Source: Diadema antillarum
Lineage: Eukaryota
Reading direction: 5' to 3'
Assembly (NCBI RefSeq): GCF_040938485.1
Contig: NW_027271595.1
Coordinates: 248,001-312,000, forward strand
DNA length: 64,000 bases
In this document: in pieces, positions 37,396 to 51,639 of the stretch
Numbering within the stretch: position 1 is the stretch's first letter
Layout: each line of letters starts with the position of its first letter
Position numbers and translations under genes: made by a program
The notes under the pieces: model-generated
Databases searched by the model: none
Told to the model about the DNA's origin: nothing
Seen by the model: the letters and a program-made list of their open reading frames with translations, nothing else

Positions 37396-39084
37396 NNNNN
37401 NNNNNNNNNNNNNNNNNNNNNNNNNNNNNNNNNNNNNNNNNNNNNNNNNNNNNNNNNNNNNNNNNNNNNNNNNNNNNNNNNNNNNNNNNNNNNNNNNNNN
37501 NNNNNNNNNNNNNNNNNNNNNNNNNNNNNNNNNNNNNNNNNNNNNNNNNNNNNNNNNNNNNNNNNNNNNNNNNNNNNNNNNNNNNNNNNNNNNNNNNNNN
37601 NNNNNNNNNNNNNNNNNNNNNNNNNNNNNNAATTCAGATCATGCATGTCTTCATGTTATTGATCAATTTACCAACATATTCAAATTTATGGATGTTTCTG
37701 TGGTTTTGACGTAGGAACGAGTTTTTCTAAATACACTTTTCGGTACACCTGAAATCCAGTTTATATACATTAATTGTTGCTGCGTTTAGCAGTCTCGAGC
37801 AAACCTTCAAGTAGGACAACTGTCATTTAGGCATGTACATGTATTAAAATTTGAATATGTCAGTAAACCGGTTAATAATTGCCTCCTTTGTCAGTATTGC
37901 AATCATAGAAACCGCTAATTATTTTGTGCAACATTTGGTTATTTGTTCTTCTTTGATCATATTTGACAAGAATCTTTTGTACCCAAAGCATTTTTTTTTA
38001 AACTTTTGTCTTTAGTTGAACTTGTGTTCCTCATCCTGTTCTTCACACTGGGCTTCTGTTGAGACCTACATATACTCAACAAGCTTACTTTTTGCTGGAC
38101 ATTATGTATCATCATATTTTGTTGTATTTTATGTATTTTCAATCGAAAAATACAAAAATGAAATTGAATTTGAATTTGAAGTAATAAGTTGTTGTTTTTT
38201 TAATCCATGGCTGATTATTGGTTGAATGAGCTAGGTGCTATTTCTATTGCAGCAGAACAATGCTCTTCCGTAAAGTTAACAAAAGCAATCAGATGCACGC
38301 ACGTTTTGAGATTAATTTTTTTTTTTTTCAAGTGTGTGGTGTCTAATCAGTATGTTGGGGGTGTTTTCCAAACACTGTGTCTTTGGTTTCTGTAGATGAG
38401 AGACAGACATGTTCTGATATGCGATCTCCCTATACGTTGCTAAAAAATACAATATGGACAACATAATTTTGAAAAGAAAAAAATATCAAAAATATAAAAT
38501 GTCAAGTCAGAAAGAAAGATGAATGTCATGTTTTTGTTGAAAGATAGAAATATACTTGAATTTGCATTCTAGTGAAAAGCACAAAAAATATCTGTTAGAA
38601 TTTGGCCACGTGTCAACCTAAGGTTTGAGCCATCCGGAACATACATGTTGTGCCTTTTATAACGTTCTGACATTGACTAGCTTCATAATAACTGATCATC
38701 AAATGGTCTGTAGATTGTACCTAGCATTGTAGGTTTGTGAGTTTTATTCAGAATAATCACAGCGAAAGAATATGATCTCTAGATCTCTAGAAGATCAAAA
38801 TATAAACAAATGTTATAAGAATATTAACTATACAAACATTAATACACTAGTACATTCATGTAACTACAACATATAGATTATAACCGCAATTCTGCCGTAA
38901 TCTCGGTGTATTCATGAACAGAGCTGTTCCTGTATCTTACTTTGAAATGTGTTTATACCAGGAAACACAGTGTAGGCCTAATGAGCGAAAATACCGACAC
39001 ATAGAATTCTAGAATATCTGAACATACAGTGCTTATCATTATGGCACTGGTTACTCTTGAATGTTTTTGAGTCAAAGAATCTCT

Positions 39085-39090
39085 TTTATT
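39085..39090 (-). terminator. Candidate polyadenylation signal of gene 3
   Basis: First AATAAA on the minus strand below the stop at 39417, about 330 nt downstream. Confidence 0.45.
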
Positions 39091-39416
39091 TTGCTTTGCT
39101 TTTCCCTCTTCTCACAGCAGTGAGCTAGTCTATAGTCCACGGACGTTATATTGTAACGTATGACGAAATGGAAGACATGGAAGTAGTAAGTAGTCTTACA
39201 GGTACTAACTCTTATCGCTGCTAATGTTGTAATCCTGAACGCAATTTCAACATTCTGTGCAGAAGAAACCAAACATCTACAAGACTTCATTTTCAGTACA
39301 AGTAAAAAATGAGAAAATAGATTTTTTTTTTTCCATTCGTGAGGAACTAGAAGAAGATTTTTTTCATTCGTACAGGTTTTGTGACGAAGACAAGTCATCT
39401 AAGCACTGATGAATTC

Positions 39417-42400
39417 TTAGACGTCGACAGCCCTGAAGATTGCTGCAAAGCCGCTCTCGGTCACGCTGCCGTCCGTCCTGAGAGTCACTATCATTTTGTT
39501 GTCAATAGAGACCAGAGGACCTGTAGGATATTCAATTCCACACATTCTGCAATGCAAAGAGAAGAAACACATCATTTATGAGACGGAAAATTACAGAAGC
39601 TTGACAAATTTACACGGCTGTAACAGAGATAATGTTCAAGGCCTCCTGACTTCTGGAAAATCGATGGACGAGACTGCAGCCAAAATTAACTAGTAAAATA
39701 ATTGATTGCGACAGTTGGAATTAAGTTTCTGGTCAGGAGAGGATATTAGACACAAACAGGTCACGTGACCGAACTTTCGTTTTCTTGGGGAGCCCACAAA
39801 ATAACGAAGTGATCAATGATCTGATTCGAGGACTTGCCATAAAAACCCTAGATTAAGTAGTTTTATATCAGGAAGCTGTACCAGAAGAGGTCGTGAGGAC
39901 GAAATAACATTGATTGACCTAATATCACGTAGGTTGGCTGTGATCCCATAAACCATAATCATGTTACAGAATTAAACGTACGTGTCCACGATGAAAGAAA
40001 TGATGTGCCATTAATACTGCAGTTTAAACCCATCATGGAGCTTCCGGACAAGAATGCAGATGATTAAATATGGGACTTGTTTACGAGAGAAGCAAAATGA
40101 ATAGTTGTCCAGGTTTGTTCCAAATTCGATCCCCCAGTGATATCGGTTACTTCTCAACTTATTTTTTGAAGTATTGGGAAGTTTATATGTCATCTTTGAA
40201 GGTTTTAATGACGATAGAATATTGGGTGATGACGGGTTTCGCTGCTCACCATGTATTATTTCTTGGATGTGAGTGTGGTCCTGAGAAGGGGAGCGTGGAG
40301 GGCGGTAACAACATACATACCATCGCGGTCAGACTTTAAAAAAAAATTCGCTATCACACTCACATCAAGAAAGAATACATTGTAAACCATGACACCCTCC
40401 ATTCAAGTGTCTTTGAATGTCGTGCTATTACGTAATACGTCACACTCAGTGAAAGGAAATAGAACCACGCTGGATTTATTCTCTGAAAAAAACAGAGATA
40501 TCAATCTCTGTCAATATTCATTGCCAAACGCATGCCATCCTGACGTCACTGTTAAATCAGATTTGGCGAATTCAGTTGTCAAAATAAATCAATGAGCACA
40601 TTTAATTACTATGTTGATTATTGCAATCACCGGCGGCAAAATGAAGAGTGGAGTATAATCATAAAGAAATGTCTTACTTCATAGGCACCCGCACTCCTTC
40701 TCCCAGATTAATTTCTAGCCAGTCCCAGCTGCATCTGGCGTTTCCCTCCAAATCAAACTCGTGGAAGGTGAGTGCGACATGGCGACCAGCGTCGACCTCG
40801 ATGGTGTAGACGCACTGCAAGCCGTTGTCGTAGTTGTTTGGGTAGTTTGGAGAGGCAATCGTCCCACTATTCCCTAAGAAATCTCCTCCACAAGTGCCGA
40901 CGAATTCTCCAGGACCCGTGGTCATGCTTGGGAGTGTGGTTGGAGGTTCAGGATTATTGATGACATAGGTAGCCTTGAAGCCACGCCTTGTCACGCTGTA
41001 GTCTGATGTGAAGGCCACCAGTAGCTGGTTCCCAGTCGACATCTGCTCCCCAGGTAGGGTGGTGCCGCAAAACTTCAGGCCCGGCAAACTGACATCTCCC
41101 GTACGGACCTCTACGGAGTCATAGTTGCAAGTAGAGTGGGACTCGATGTCCATGTCGACGAAGGTGAGTGTGATCGTAGAACCTGGAGCTCCCTAGAAAG
41201 GTCAATGTGGCGATGACAGTACGTGAAACTCTCATGTTCATTCATCCACTAGTTGACAAGGGATTGATAACATTGTGTAACCTACCATTCAATGAAATGC
41301 TGTTAAACGAACCTACTTCAAGGCATTGTCTTCGTTTCAATGAGCACAAGTGATTTCACTCGATCTTCACGTGTAAAGGAAGAATCAGGAGACAGCCATT
41401 TGTTTGTTTTTATATGAACGTAAATAGTATGGCTACTTCATTCAGCATAAGAACATTAAAGAAAGAACGTTTGTTTTGCAATCGTATATGCTTATTTCAT
41501 TCAATGCATGTGGGAACAAGTTGGAAAAATAGACGAATGCAATATAAGTCAGTTTTTGTATAATGCCAAGAAGAATGTCAAGCAAGAATGTCACGTGACA
41601 TGGTGGTTATATTTACGAGGCCAATATGGCGCCAAATTAAGTGTAGGCCTACTAACATTTAAACAATCATAGTTTTCAAGTGCCTTCGAACTTTCATCAG
41701 TTTCTCTCCCCCAGGAAGATGTTTACATGTAGATTTACCAAAATAAACGATGTGTCTTATTCCAGAATCTTGCATACAGTTTCAGTAATCTTTATTCCTC
41801 CATTAGTCTTGTTTGAAAGAATTCAGTTTGACAAATCAATAGAAATCACCTGAAAATGTGAACAGGGATACTCATAAGAAATAATACAAGTAGATCAAGG
41901 AAACCGTTATCGATAGGCAATGCGCTTGCCTTGAGTAACGGCCTCTGGACAATATGAATTGTTACTATTTTTATCTTATTTTCAGCTTAAGAAAGCCCAC
42001 AGAATAAATAAAAATATTTGTTTTGAGTATATTCGATGTAATTTGACCTAGGAGGACAAAACAAGATGAATATAACAGGCCAGAAAAAGAATTTTGGGAC
42101 AAGAATTAGGGGATACCCGAATAAGAAAACTTGAGAGAAGAGGAAAAAAGCGATAGCATATAGGCCTACCGTTTTCAGGAGTTGGGAGCTTTATACAGTA
42201 AAATAAGCCCTGCTAATGTTTACTTAAACACTTACTTTTTAAGAATGAGACTTTACAGCGAATCAATAATATTAGTTGGGGCGGGGGTAAACTGATCAAT
42301 TATACTCATAATTTCTCATTCGAGTGATACGTTGTAAGTTGTTGTTGTTGTTTTTTTTTAATAAGAATGATTGAAAGCATGGTAGAGAAGAACTGCGGCT

Positions 42401-43524
42401 AATATCGTCAGTCAACGAGTTCCATACATTCTCCATCAACCCAAGAAGATAATCATTTTTTTTCTTATTTTCACAAAGACTAGCCTAACTGGTGGGGAAA
42501 AGGGTCAGGAGATAAGAATGGCTTTATTTCAATCAATTTCAGTATGGTTGACTATCGTGCTCGCAGTGGCTGAATACTCACCTCAATAAGCCATGTGCAG
42601 TCTTCGTGGTTGTCGTAATTACTTGGATAGCTTGGTGATGTGATTTCACCATCTTCATCCGTCAGCATATAGACGCACCCTTGGGGAGGTGGTGGTCCGG
42701 TAGGACCGTCCTCACACAGGATTCCGGTGTGTCCTGGAGGACACACGCAGTCACAGTCGGGACCCTGGTAGCCGCCATTTTGGCAGGCCAGATTATTACT
42801 ACAGCCGTCGTTGCAGTTGTAGATGAGATTGGCAAGTTTGATATCAGCAAAGCTGAGGCCCTGTCGGTTTCCAAGTTGATTCATCAGCAGAGGGTCGATG
42901 GTGGTGATGGTTGGTTGACCGTTGGAGGAGAATGCCTATACAACAAACAATCAAAATAAAGAACAAAATATTAATCATTTTATAAAACCATCAAGGAATT
43001 TGCTGCAGAGATTATTGTTTCGAGGTCATTGAATTTTGAAAACCTTACAGCACTGTCATGTTGGAGACATAAAACTGCCTGTGTCCGGTTTAAATTACTT
43101 AATCTGTTGAAAATAATTTCTTTATTCCAGACATTATTTACAGAAGTTTACGATATTGAGAACACAAGGCAACTTAAATCTTGTAAAAATATGTTGGTAT
43201 TCAGATTCAAGACTCACATACAAACTTATTCTCTCAAAACAAAATTATGTGCAATTGATACAAACAATGAAAAAAGAAATATGGGCCAATAGTATAATGA
43301 TTGTTGAGAAAAAGACGCATATGCGTCGCCAATCCACAGGAATGTGGTTTCTGACACTTGATGAATATTAATATCAGATGCCCTTTGTCAAATGAATAGT
43401 GATAAATAATGATAAAAATTTTTTATAGACCTTTATGTTACTAAATTCAGAGAAAGCGGAGAATAGACAGATGTAGATGGCATTGGTTTTGCATATTTGC
43501 TATAATATTTGTGTCACACACACA

Positions 43525-43557
<33 letters not shown>

Positions 43558-46500
43558 GTAACGATGTACACCTCTCTTCGTGTCACTTTTTTCTCAATCC
43601 CTCACTCCATCTCTCTCTCTTCATGCGCAATGTTTGCAAACTTACTGTATTTATTCATAATTATATATCAAATAATTTGGATGAAGACATATACGTTCTA
43701 ATAACTATGTGTTAATGGGTTTCAACATATCTCTCTATATACATTGTAATATGATATGCTTGTATATATGTATGGAGTAGGACATATTCCTTTTTGCGCA
43801 TAAAAAAAATCAAAAGAAATCAAGTCTGACTTACACCAGAACTGTAGTGCATAACTGATCCAACGTCGTACGGAACATTTTCCGTGGTTACATCGTTCCA
43901 ACTATATTTCTGAAAGTTGCCTTCGAATCCCGACTGGATGTTTTCGAAATGGACCGTGACGTAATCGTCCCTGTCTGGTCGAGACTGCTCGTGATGGAAA
44001 CCCATGGCGTGGCCGATCTCGTGGGCGACGATGCCGAGCTATTTGTTAACATAATACAAAGAAGATATATTAAGCCTTCTCATTTCACACTGGATCAGCT
44101 GTAAATAAACATATTGATTAAAAGCGTCCTTCAAATTGGGTGCGCGCCAATTCTCAAAGATGCCCCCTCATTTTTCTTATAGAAAAAAAAACACGGTAAA
44201 TGAAGTATGACATTCTTAATGAGACGTGTCAAACGAAAGTTTATAAATGCCAAATTCACCTTAGTGAACATGTGAATCTAATAATTGCAGCAATGTCAGT
44301 ATAACACATCGGTGAAGGTTTAGATCCAACTATCCATTCAAAAGTTATGGATTTTGAAAGTTTCACTCACGTGGTCTACTAATATCAAGTATTTTTTTTC
44401 TCTCTGAAGAACGCAAATCATGGGTACTTACGTATGCACACCCATTACCGATGGACACATCTTGGGAAGACGAAAATACTCTTCCAACGTAAGACCAGCA
44501 TCCACCGCCCTTGATAAAGTTCAGGTAGGTTCCATGACCCAGTTGGTTGGCGTGCTGTGAGGTTCTTGGTTCGAATCTCAAACAGGTGTGCTGTTCCCAG
44601 TGGTCCATTGCAGAGCGGATCACATTGGTGTCACCGCCTGAAACAAAATCAGTTGATGTCCCAAGCTCGTAATTCTAAAATGCCTCTTTGCATATCACTG
44701 TTTTCTGAATAAAAAAATTAAAGCGATTATAAGCCAGTTTGTAATTAGCTCATGTGCACGTTGGTACAAATGACCTTTCTATTTTCTTGGTTGGTTAGGC
44801 ACTTAACTCATATTCAAAGCAACATAATGCGTACCGGTAAGTTTGCCTGGCGTAACAATTTATGGAATTCGTGTTCAACAAAAAATGATCATGCATAGCG
44901 AGACCAGGGCCCTGTTGCATAAAACCCTTACCGCTGGACTTACCGCTCCTTTCTAGCGGTAAGTCTTCAAATTAGCGGTAAATTTTACAATCCTTGATGC
45001 TGATTGGCTGTGACGCTTAATTTTGATGGTAGTTACCATTGAAATTCAACGGTAAGTTTTATGCAACGGGCCACAGGTGACCAGAATGGTCCGTCAAACA
45101 ACCCTGGGGGAAGCATCCATTTCTTTGTTTTGTATTGAAATCAATGCATTGAAACATGTTTATATTCGTATTGCCAAATACCAGGTTTGCAGTCAGGTGG
45201 ATGCAACGGCAAGTATCATGTACAAGGATTGCATAAATAATCACTATATGACACATGCTTATCTCCGTGAATTTAAAAACCATCATGCGTTTTGGTACCT
45301 ATAACCTTTTACTGCTCATGCGCAAAGTAGAACTACGAACTGGCTTATTGTGAGGGATCTCTGAATATGTATAATGTCGATTCAATCTCAATCGCCTTTA
45401 TGTGAGACACCTCAAAGTGGCATCATTTGCTCTCATAGAACATAATATGCAGTTCTTATTTAAATGGTGTTCAGTGAAAAACTTCACCAAAGTTCTGGTC
45501 AGCTTTGATGGAAGCAAATTAAAGACCGGGTGAAATGAATTTCAAGTGTTTTTAATTTCGCGGAATCCAGGACATTAACAGCGGGAACAACCCTCGAAGC
45601 AGGCAGGGCAGTAGAATACATGGAAAGCGATGACGTGATTACCTCTTCTAATTCTAAAGTTATTCATTTTATCCGAGTTTGATGAAACATATTCTGCTAT
45701 GATTCTTCATTAGCGTCAGCTTGATATAGGTTTGTGTTTCATTATCTGCTTTGAATCATAATTATGCGACTTCTGATGAAAAAAAAAGTGGGTAGTGATG
45801 CAGTCATAACCCATACGTCTGTACGTGCCGTCTTGATACACGAACAGTTATGTTTCTTGGTAGAAATACAATGCCGATTTCAATGTTGGAGTGCATTATT
45901 GTGGACAAAGAAAAAAATGTTCTTTCACCAATCTTATAATACTTTGTAAAATGGCGTATTTTCGCCCGAGGATTTTTTTTTCTGCGCGCGGCCGGGTAAG
46001 ATGTATTTCGCGTGTTTCTAATTGTGCAGAATCCAGTAACCACGGGAACAAAATAAAGATAGCATGCAAAATTTTATCGTGCTTTTATTTTCGCGCTAGC
46101 TTCCATGGTTGCGCGAAAGGCGCGAAAGTTTCCACACCTCGAAAAAATCCACTTTTACAGAGGGTAACAATATTTCGATAGAGATAGGTTAAAGGCCTTC
46201 ATGCCGAATTAAATTATACACTTATTTGATCCTGACGAAATTACATTTACCGACCTGCAGGTGACGAATCCTACAGAGATATCTTAAAGGGGATGGCTAG
46301 TAACTGATACAGTGGGAATCAGTGGTAATGCTGGGGGATGATTGTTCCAATTTTTGTGGGATTCATTTAAGAGTACATTATGTATCTATTGTTGTGCGAA
46401 AATTATTTGCTTCAGAATGGTCTCATATTCAAGTTATGTGCAGTTTAATGTTTCCAGGTTAGCATGCCTGCACAGTGACGGGGCGATTGAAGTGCACATT

Positions 46501-48924
46501 ATTTGAATATGAGACAATTCTTAAGCAAATAATTTTCACACAACAATAAATATATAATGTACTCTAAAATGAATCCCACAAGGATTGGAACAATCATCCC
46601 CCAGCATTCCCATTGATAAGTTACTAGCCAATCTCCTTTAAAGAGGGTCCGGAGTCTAAATTGCCCACGTTTTCTCTTCATTGTTGATATCGTACAGGTG
46701 TCAGAACTTACTAGATGAAGATGAGATGACGTAAGGCACGATGTTCTGAGTCCAGCGGGTCAGCGTATTCGATACTGCCTTCCTTTTCTCTCGGCCATAC
46801 TTCTCCGTGAAGATAGCCTCTTCGATTTCTTGAGCCTGTTCTGGCGTTAGTATCATGTCTCCTTCGAACGAGCCAGGAGTGTTGTCTTCGTCCTTCGGTT
46901 CCTCATGCTGTTCAACCGGCTTCTCGAAGGATACGCTAAGAGACTTCTCAGAGGAAAAGCGTGACAGAGGGAGAGGGAGATATATAGAGATAAAAAGTTG
47001 GGGGAGAGAAAGGAGACAGGGCGATAGAGGGAGAGATAGAGGGGAGAGAGNNNNNNNNNNNNNNNNNNNNNNNNNNNNNNNNNNNNNNNNNNNNNNNNNN
47101 NNNNNNNNNNNNNNNNNNNNNNNNNNNNNNNNNNNNNNNNNNNNNNNNNNNNNNNNNNNNNNNNNNNNNNNNNNNNNNNNNNNNNNNNNNNNNNNNNNNN
47201 NNNCAGGTAAAAGGGAAGTGAAAATGTAGCCCAGAAAAAAAAAATCTGGATGCGCGGGATAAAATTTATCAGAGCACCATGTGCACTCATGTTTTTTTTT
47301 TTTTTTAAGGTGGAACATAATTTGGAGCTATAGCAGCTTCCACACTCGCGACTTGTTTGAGCTATTAACTAGTCCTCACTATAGTACGTGTGTTTTAATT
47401 AATACACGATGAACGTTGTTGACTTGTATGCCATAGTGAATCCATTTACAACATTTAGATGTTTGTCAATTCACATCACAATGCATTCTTCATTGAAATG
47501 ATCTATATGGAGTATGTATATTGCATTGATAATTTATCTGGTGATTCTTCTACAAGAGAACATATCCGAAGAGGTATATAGGTCAAGTAGCTGTAAGCAC
47601 ACAAGTAAAAGAGCCAACAACGAAACACACATGTTTATGTACATAAAATTTCTCATACTACAACATGACACCAACTATAAACAATAGCAACGATATGACA
47701 GGGAATGAACAATATATGGAAGTCAGATTCAAGCAAATTGAACTATTTCTACTTGTTGATAACACCAATAGAAATTGGAGAGCATGTAAACAACGCCGTT
47801 GATTCAATTTTTAAGGCGTAGGGGATTCCACGGCTTTTAAGACACTTAACAGGTTGAGAGAGAAAATTAAGAAATGATTAGGGGTGTCTGACAAGTTTAA
47901 TTTCATCTTATTATTCCAGAGGGATAAAATCAATTTAAGGGCTTGTAGTTACGTGTGGTGAAAGTCCCTTCAGCATATTAGAAAAAAAAAACAAGTGGGA
48001 GAGAAAATGCAAAAATATGCACTTACACACACAAACAAAATGTATGACACGTATAGTGAAAATTGCTATTTTCCTTTTTTGTTTGTTTGTTGAAATCGAT
48101 CTGTAGAAATCATTAAAAACATTTTACAGGCATTTGAAACGCTACTAGAGTCTTCAGTGTGAAGTGTCTCTTGGCGTTGGTCATAGTGGCGTTGCACGTG
48201 ACGTAAATTTTCGTCCATGTGCAGTCACTGATAATTAGGACTTTGACAGTCTCTAATGCTGCCGATTATTGCTCTCTTTCAAATGTACGTTTTCTGGTCT
48301 TGGACATTACCTTTGCCAACTTTCTAGTGTCAACACGAAGGGTTTCTTAAAACTCAACGGAAATTGTAATTTTCTACTCTGGGAATGCTTGAAGATAATT
48401 ATGTGTCGTTTTGATGATATTTCTGCATGATTGCAGACTAATTTTCGGAATCATATATGATACAATATCATACTCACAGGTAAAGCAATCATTCAAAACC
48501 AAAGCACGCGGAAATAAAGACAGCCGTGCTAATCAGGTCGGAGGGAGATGGAGGGTAATATCAATAAAAGCAAAACAACGAAATAAAACTCGAGCAAATA
48601 GTGTGACAGTTTTTTTTAATAACAGTGTATTGTTAGTATTAATGATGATGATAATAAAAACAACAAGAAAAATATTATTATTACAACTATCATAGTATTA
48701 TTATTATCATTATCATTAGCATTATTACTATAATTATAATTATCATTATTATTATCATCATAGTTATAGTTATTACATTGGCACAGCGTACATACCACTG
48801 GTTTGTCTTCAAGGAGCTTCAAGTCGCGGGCAATCTTGTCCAGTAAGTCGTTAGCAGCAGGTGCACAAAGTAGGCCGGGAACGAACAGGGCTAGCAACAA
48901 CGATGACACCACTGAAACCGTCAT
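39417..48924 (-). CDS. SPAN/BP10-like: Gene 3: BP10/SpAN-type astacin metalloprotease, 7 exons, about 590 aa
   Basis: complement(join(39417..39546,40678..41192,42582..42935,43835..44038,44432..44637,46712..46946?,48796..48924)). Motifs [34 protein letters not shown]. The last exon ([17 protein letters not shown]...RAVDV*) is absent from the ORF track and was found by hand. The exon 2 acceptor is uncertain. Confidence 0.88.
44907..45073. mobile_element. Small MITE with GGCCC(T)GTTGCATAAAAC TIRs (PIF/Harbinger-like), in intron 2 of gene 3
   Basis: GGCCCTGTTGCATAAAAC at the left, GTTTTATGCAACGGGCC at the right, CAG near both flanks, internal TTACCG/CGGTAA repeats. Confidence 0.7.
46288..46637. 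mobile_element. Foldback MITE with TTAA target site duplication, in intron 2 of gene 3
   Basis: TTAA (46284-46287) AGGGGATGGCTAGTAAC ... GTTACTAGCCAATCTCCT TTAA (46638-46641); arms of about 150 bp. Confidence 0.88.
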
Positions 48925-49034
48925 GCTGCTGATAGTACTTTAAACACTTGCGAGTTTTTGGAGTTTTTCCGTTGGTGAAGAATACCTCTTGATGATGTCT
49001 ACTGACTTTGAAGTTAACGTAGCCGTCTTCGATG

Positions 49035-49074
49035 GCGAGTCTGAAGCTACGTTGTACAAACTGCCATATTTATA
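49035..49074 (-). promoter_or_regulatory. Core promoter of gene 3
   Basis: TATAAATATGG (plus strand TTTATA at 49069-49074) followed by CTTCAGACT at similar spacing. Confidence 0.65.
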
Positions 49075-50689
49075 TCTTCGAGCCAGCAAAGAGAAACCAT
49101 AAAAGCAACCTTAACCCGACCAAGTTAAGATGAAGAACACAATTGACAATCTTCTTTCAATAATCTTCTCTTCTTTTTGTTGGTTAGTTTGGTTGTTTGT
49201 TGTTTTAGTCATGTTGAATCCGAGTGGATAAGCGTTTAAGACCTGCTCGTAGTTTAATACAATGAGAACAGCTCTTGGGTATTAGACAAGAAATCTTCGG
49301 GGTTGACAATGTAAGAATATAAGAAGTGAAAAATCACTTCATCAGACCCTTTCTCTCTTGCAAGAAAGACCCCACCCTTTCAAACGGTAAGATTCGAGGA
49401 AAGTAGGTAATTGTTGATAAGTTGTTAAGCACCTTACGAGTAACCTTTGTTTCTTCTGGTCTGAGCGGAGACATTTACGTGGCTGGTTAATTACAGTTCT
49501 GTATAGAACGTACAAGGTTAGGTTATTTGTGAAGCGTTCGAGCGTCAAGAATCACTGCCCTATAATACAAAAGAAAGACACTCTTAACCATGTCTTACAA
49601 CCTACGCCTTGTATTCAGAAAGTCCATTTGAGGTGTTTTCTCTATGTGAGATTTTGACGCTATTATCGCCTCAGACATTGAAGACTGAAAGGGTTCGTTT
49701 CTTCTCACAAGAAGAGTATTACCCACCCTGAAACTAATTAGATTACTGATTGATATTTTTTTCGCCCACTAGTACTCAATCTCTGACGCACGAATCAGTA
49801 TAAGCGTCTGGGAGTAGACTGCTCATTTAGATTTGCTTGAGCACTATACTTGTAGTAAATGAATAATAACGATATAATAAATCAGTATTGTTCAGCGAAG
49901 AATCTATGTGTCTTAATTGGCCCTTATCTTGCGCTGTAAGAGCTCCTCAAATGCTATTTTTCCTAGTAATCTATTAATTTGTGAAATATTTTAAATAAAC
50001 ATTAGGTGAATAGAAAAAAAATAGACATATAAGTCTATATGTTGTGCTAATTTTCGTCAGCAGAATAAATTGATAAGAAAATAACTACTATAAAAGAAAT
50101 CCTATAGAATTTTTGATATGGGGAAACAATTTAATTCAGGAGGTGTTGTGAATAGTCTGACAAACCTAACGGAGACAGGTTTATTACCAGATATATTTAC
50201 CAGCAGTTAAAGAATTTGTTCATAGGGCAATTTCAACTCACGGGGGCTCCATAGTATAGGCCTATATCTATAGGTCTAACCCTTACAAGACCACCTTGCA
50301 TACAGTTCATTCCACATCATATCAAATTACAGCAAAATAAATGTATTATTACATTGACATCTGGATTTTAATCGATCAAAGATACTGTGATAAATCATAA
50401 TATAATCAAATATACTGTATGCACTATCTCTTTTATTCATTTATTATTTTCAACTATGCAAGACAGGAAATATGAATAACTCCCTGTTAAAGAAAAAGTT
50501 TCGAGTTTTGATCCGATGGCTTCTATAATGACTGAGATTTTCTGATATCCAGTGGTGATCTTACCTAGAGGCTGCCAAAGGAAAAAAAAGTCACCTGACT
50601 TTATGTATACTGTGTTTTACAGGGAATCTACAATACGAAAATAATATAACCATTGGTTCGAGGTTCATTTATTCCATTATTGTATTAAA

Positions 50690-51240
50690 AAGGAGTTAAA
50701 CCACTTAATGTTTTGTAGACTATGAGTCATCAGTATCTTCAATTCAACTCCTTGGCGAATGGGCAACCAGGTTTTGATTCTCCAGAAGTGGTGTAACACG
50801 GCCGAATCTTGGGAGGTTAGAAATAAATCTTGCATATCATGTGTTTTGATCCCGTTCCAACTTCACAATCTGCGTGTCTGATAATCCAAACAATAAATCA
50901 TTACACCACTCTAGTTTACAAAACTATGATGCATCCATGAATAACAGTTTTCATATTGTTTTAATCGACACATTTACGAATGCATCTCGGGTTACAGATC
51001 TACGATATACCAAATTGCACTCGTAATTTGTGATTTCATATTCAGGCGAGTATCAACGAACACTCCAAATCATTATTTGATGGCATTATCAATGTTTCCT
51101 ACTAATAAAACATTTGATCTAGATTTAGAAATATGATATGAATGACCAACAGGAAGGGTTGTTTTCTTGTCATTGAACATTAATTGTTCCGTAACAGACA
51201 TTTTCAAATGTACTTAACGCATGTACGATGTAATTATGAT
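50690..51240 (-). mobile_element. Decayed L2-type LINE, ORF2 C-terminal fragment
   Basis: Frameshifted minus-strand peptides LMFNDKKT, GVFVDTRLNMKSQI, KLEWCNDLLFGLSDTQIVKLERDQN and VTPLL...WLPIRQGVELKILM match the known L2 ORF2 motifs LN.dKT, LGVi.D..L, LDYCN.LL.GL...KLQ..QN and HWLP. May extend to about 51430. Confidence 0.75.
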
Positions 51241-51639
51241 GGAATTACAAATACAATACTATTTGTCAAAAATGTAAGGAGCTCTGTTAGTTTGTGTCTT
51301 TGTGAAATTTGAAATACTTTTCAAGTAGGCATATTATTGTGAGGAACAGTTTTGCAGAAAGAAGACGAAAATATCGTTTTGGATATAATGCTTAAATAAC
51401 AAATGAGTGCTGTCATGTCTGACTGTATATCCAAGGATCACATGTTATGTAGCCGCAAAAAAAAAAAATGACAGTGTGTGGTAGTGCTTACGAACGTTTT
51501 CACCACCATGCCGCGTCAAAAATATGTAGCTTGAAGGTGAAAGGGCTATAGAATCTTTTACATCTTCCACATCTTCTACATCTTCCAAAGAGTAGTTTGA
51601 TTCTGCGGTGCCATATATGGATGGAGAAGCCGATGTTTG

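Noticed and set aside
40256-40280. Alternative short terminal exon for gene 3 (CTTCTCAG|G ACC ACA CTC ACA TCC AAG AAA TAA)
   Set aside because: A full homologous exon 7 exists at 39417-39546; this site has no homology to it and no other support.
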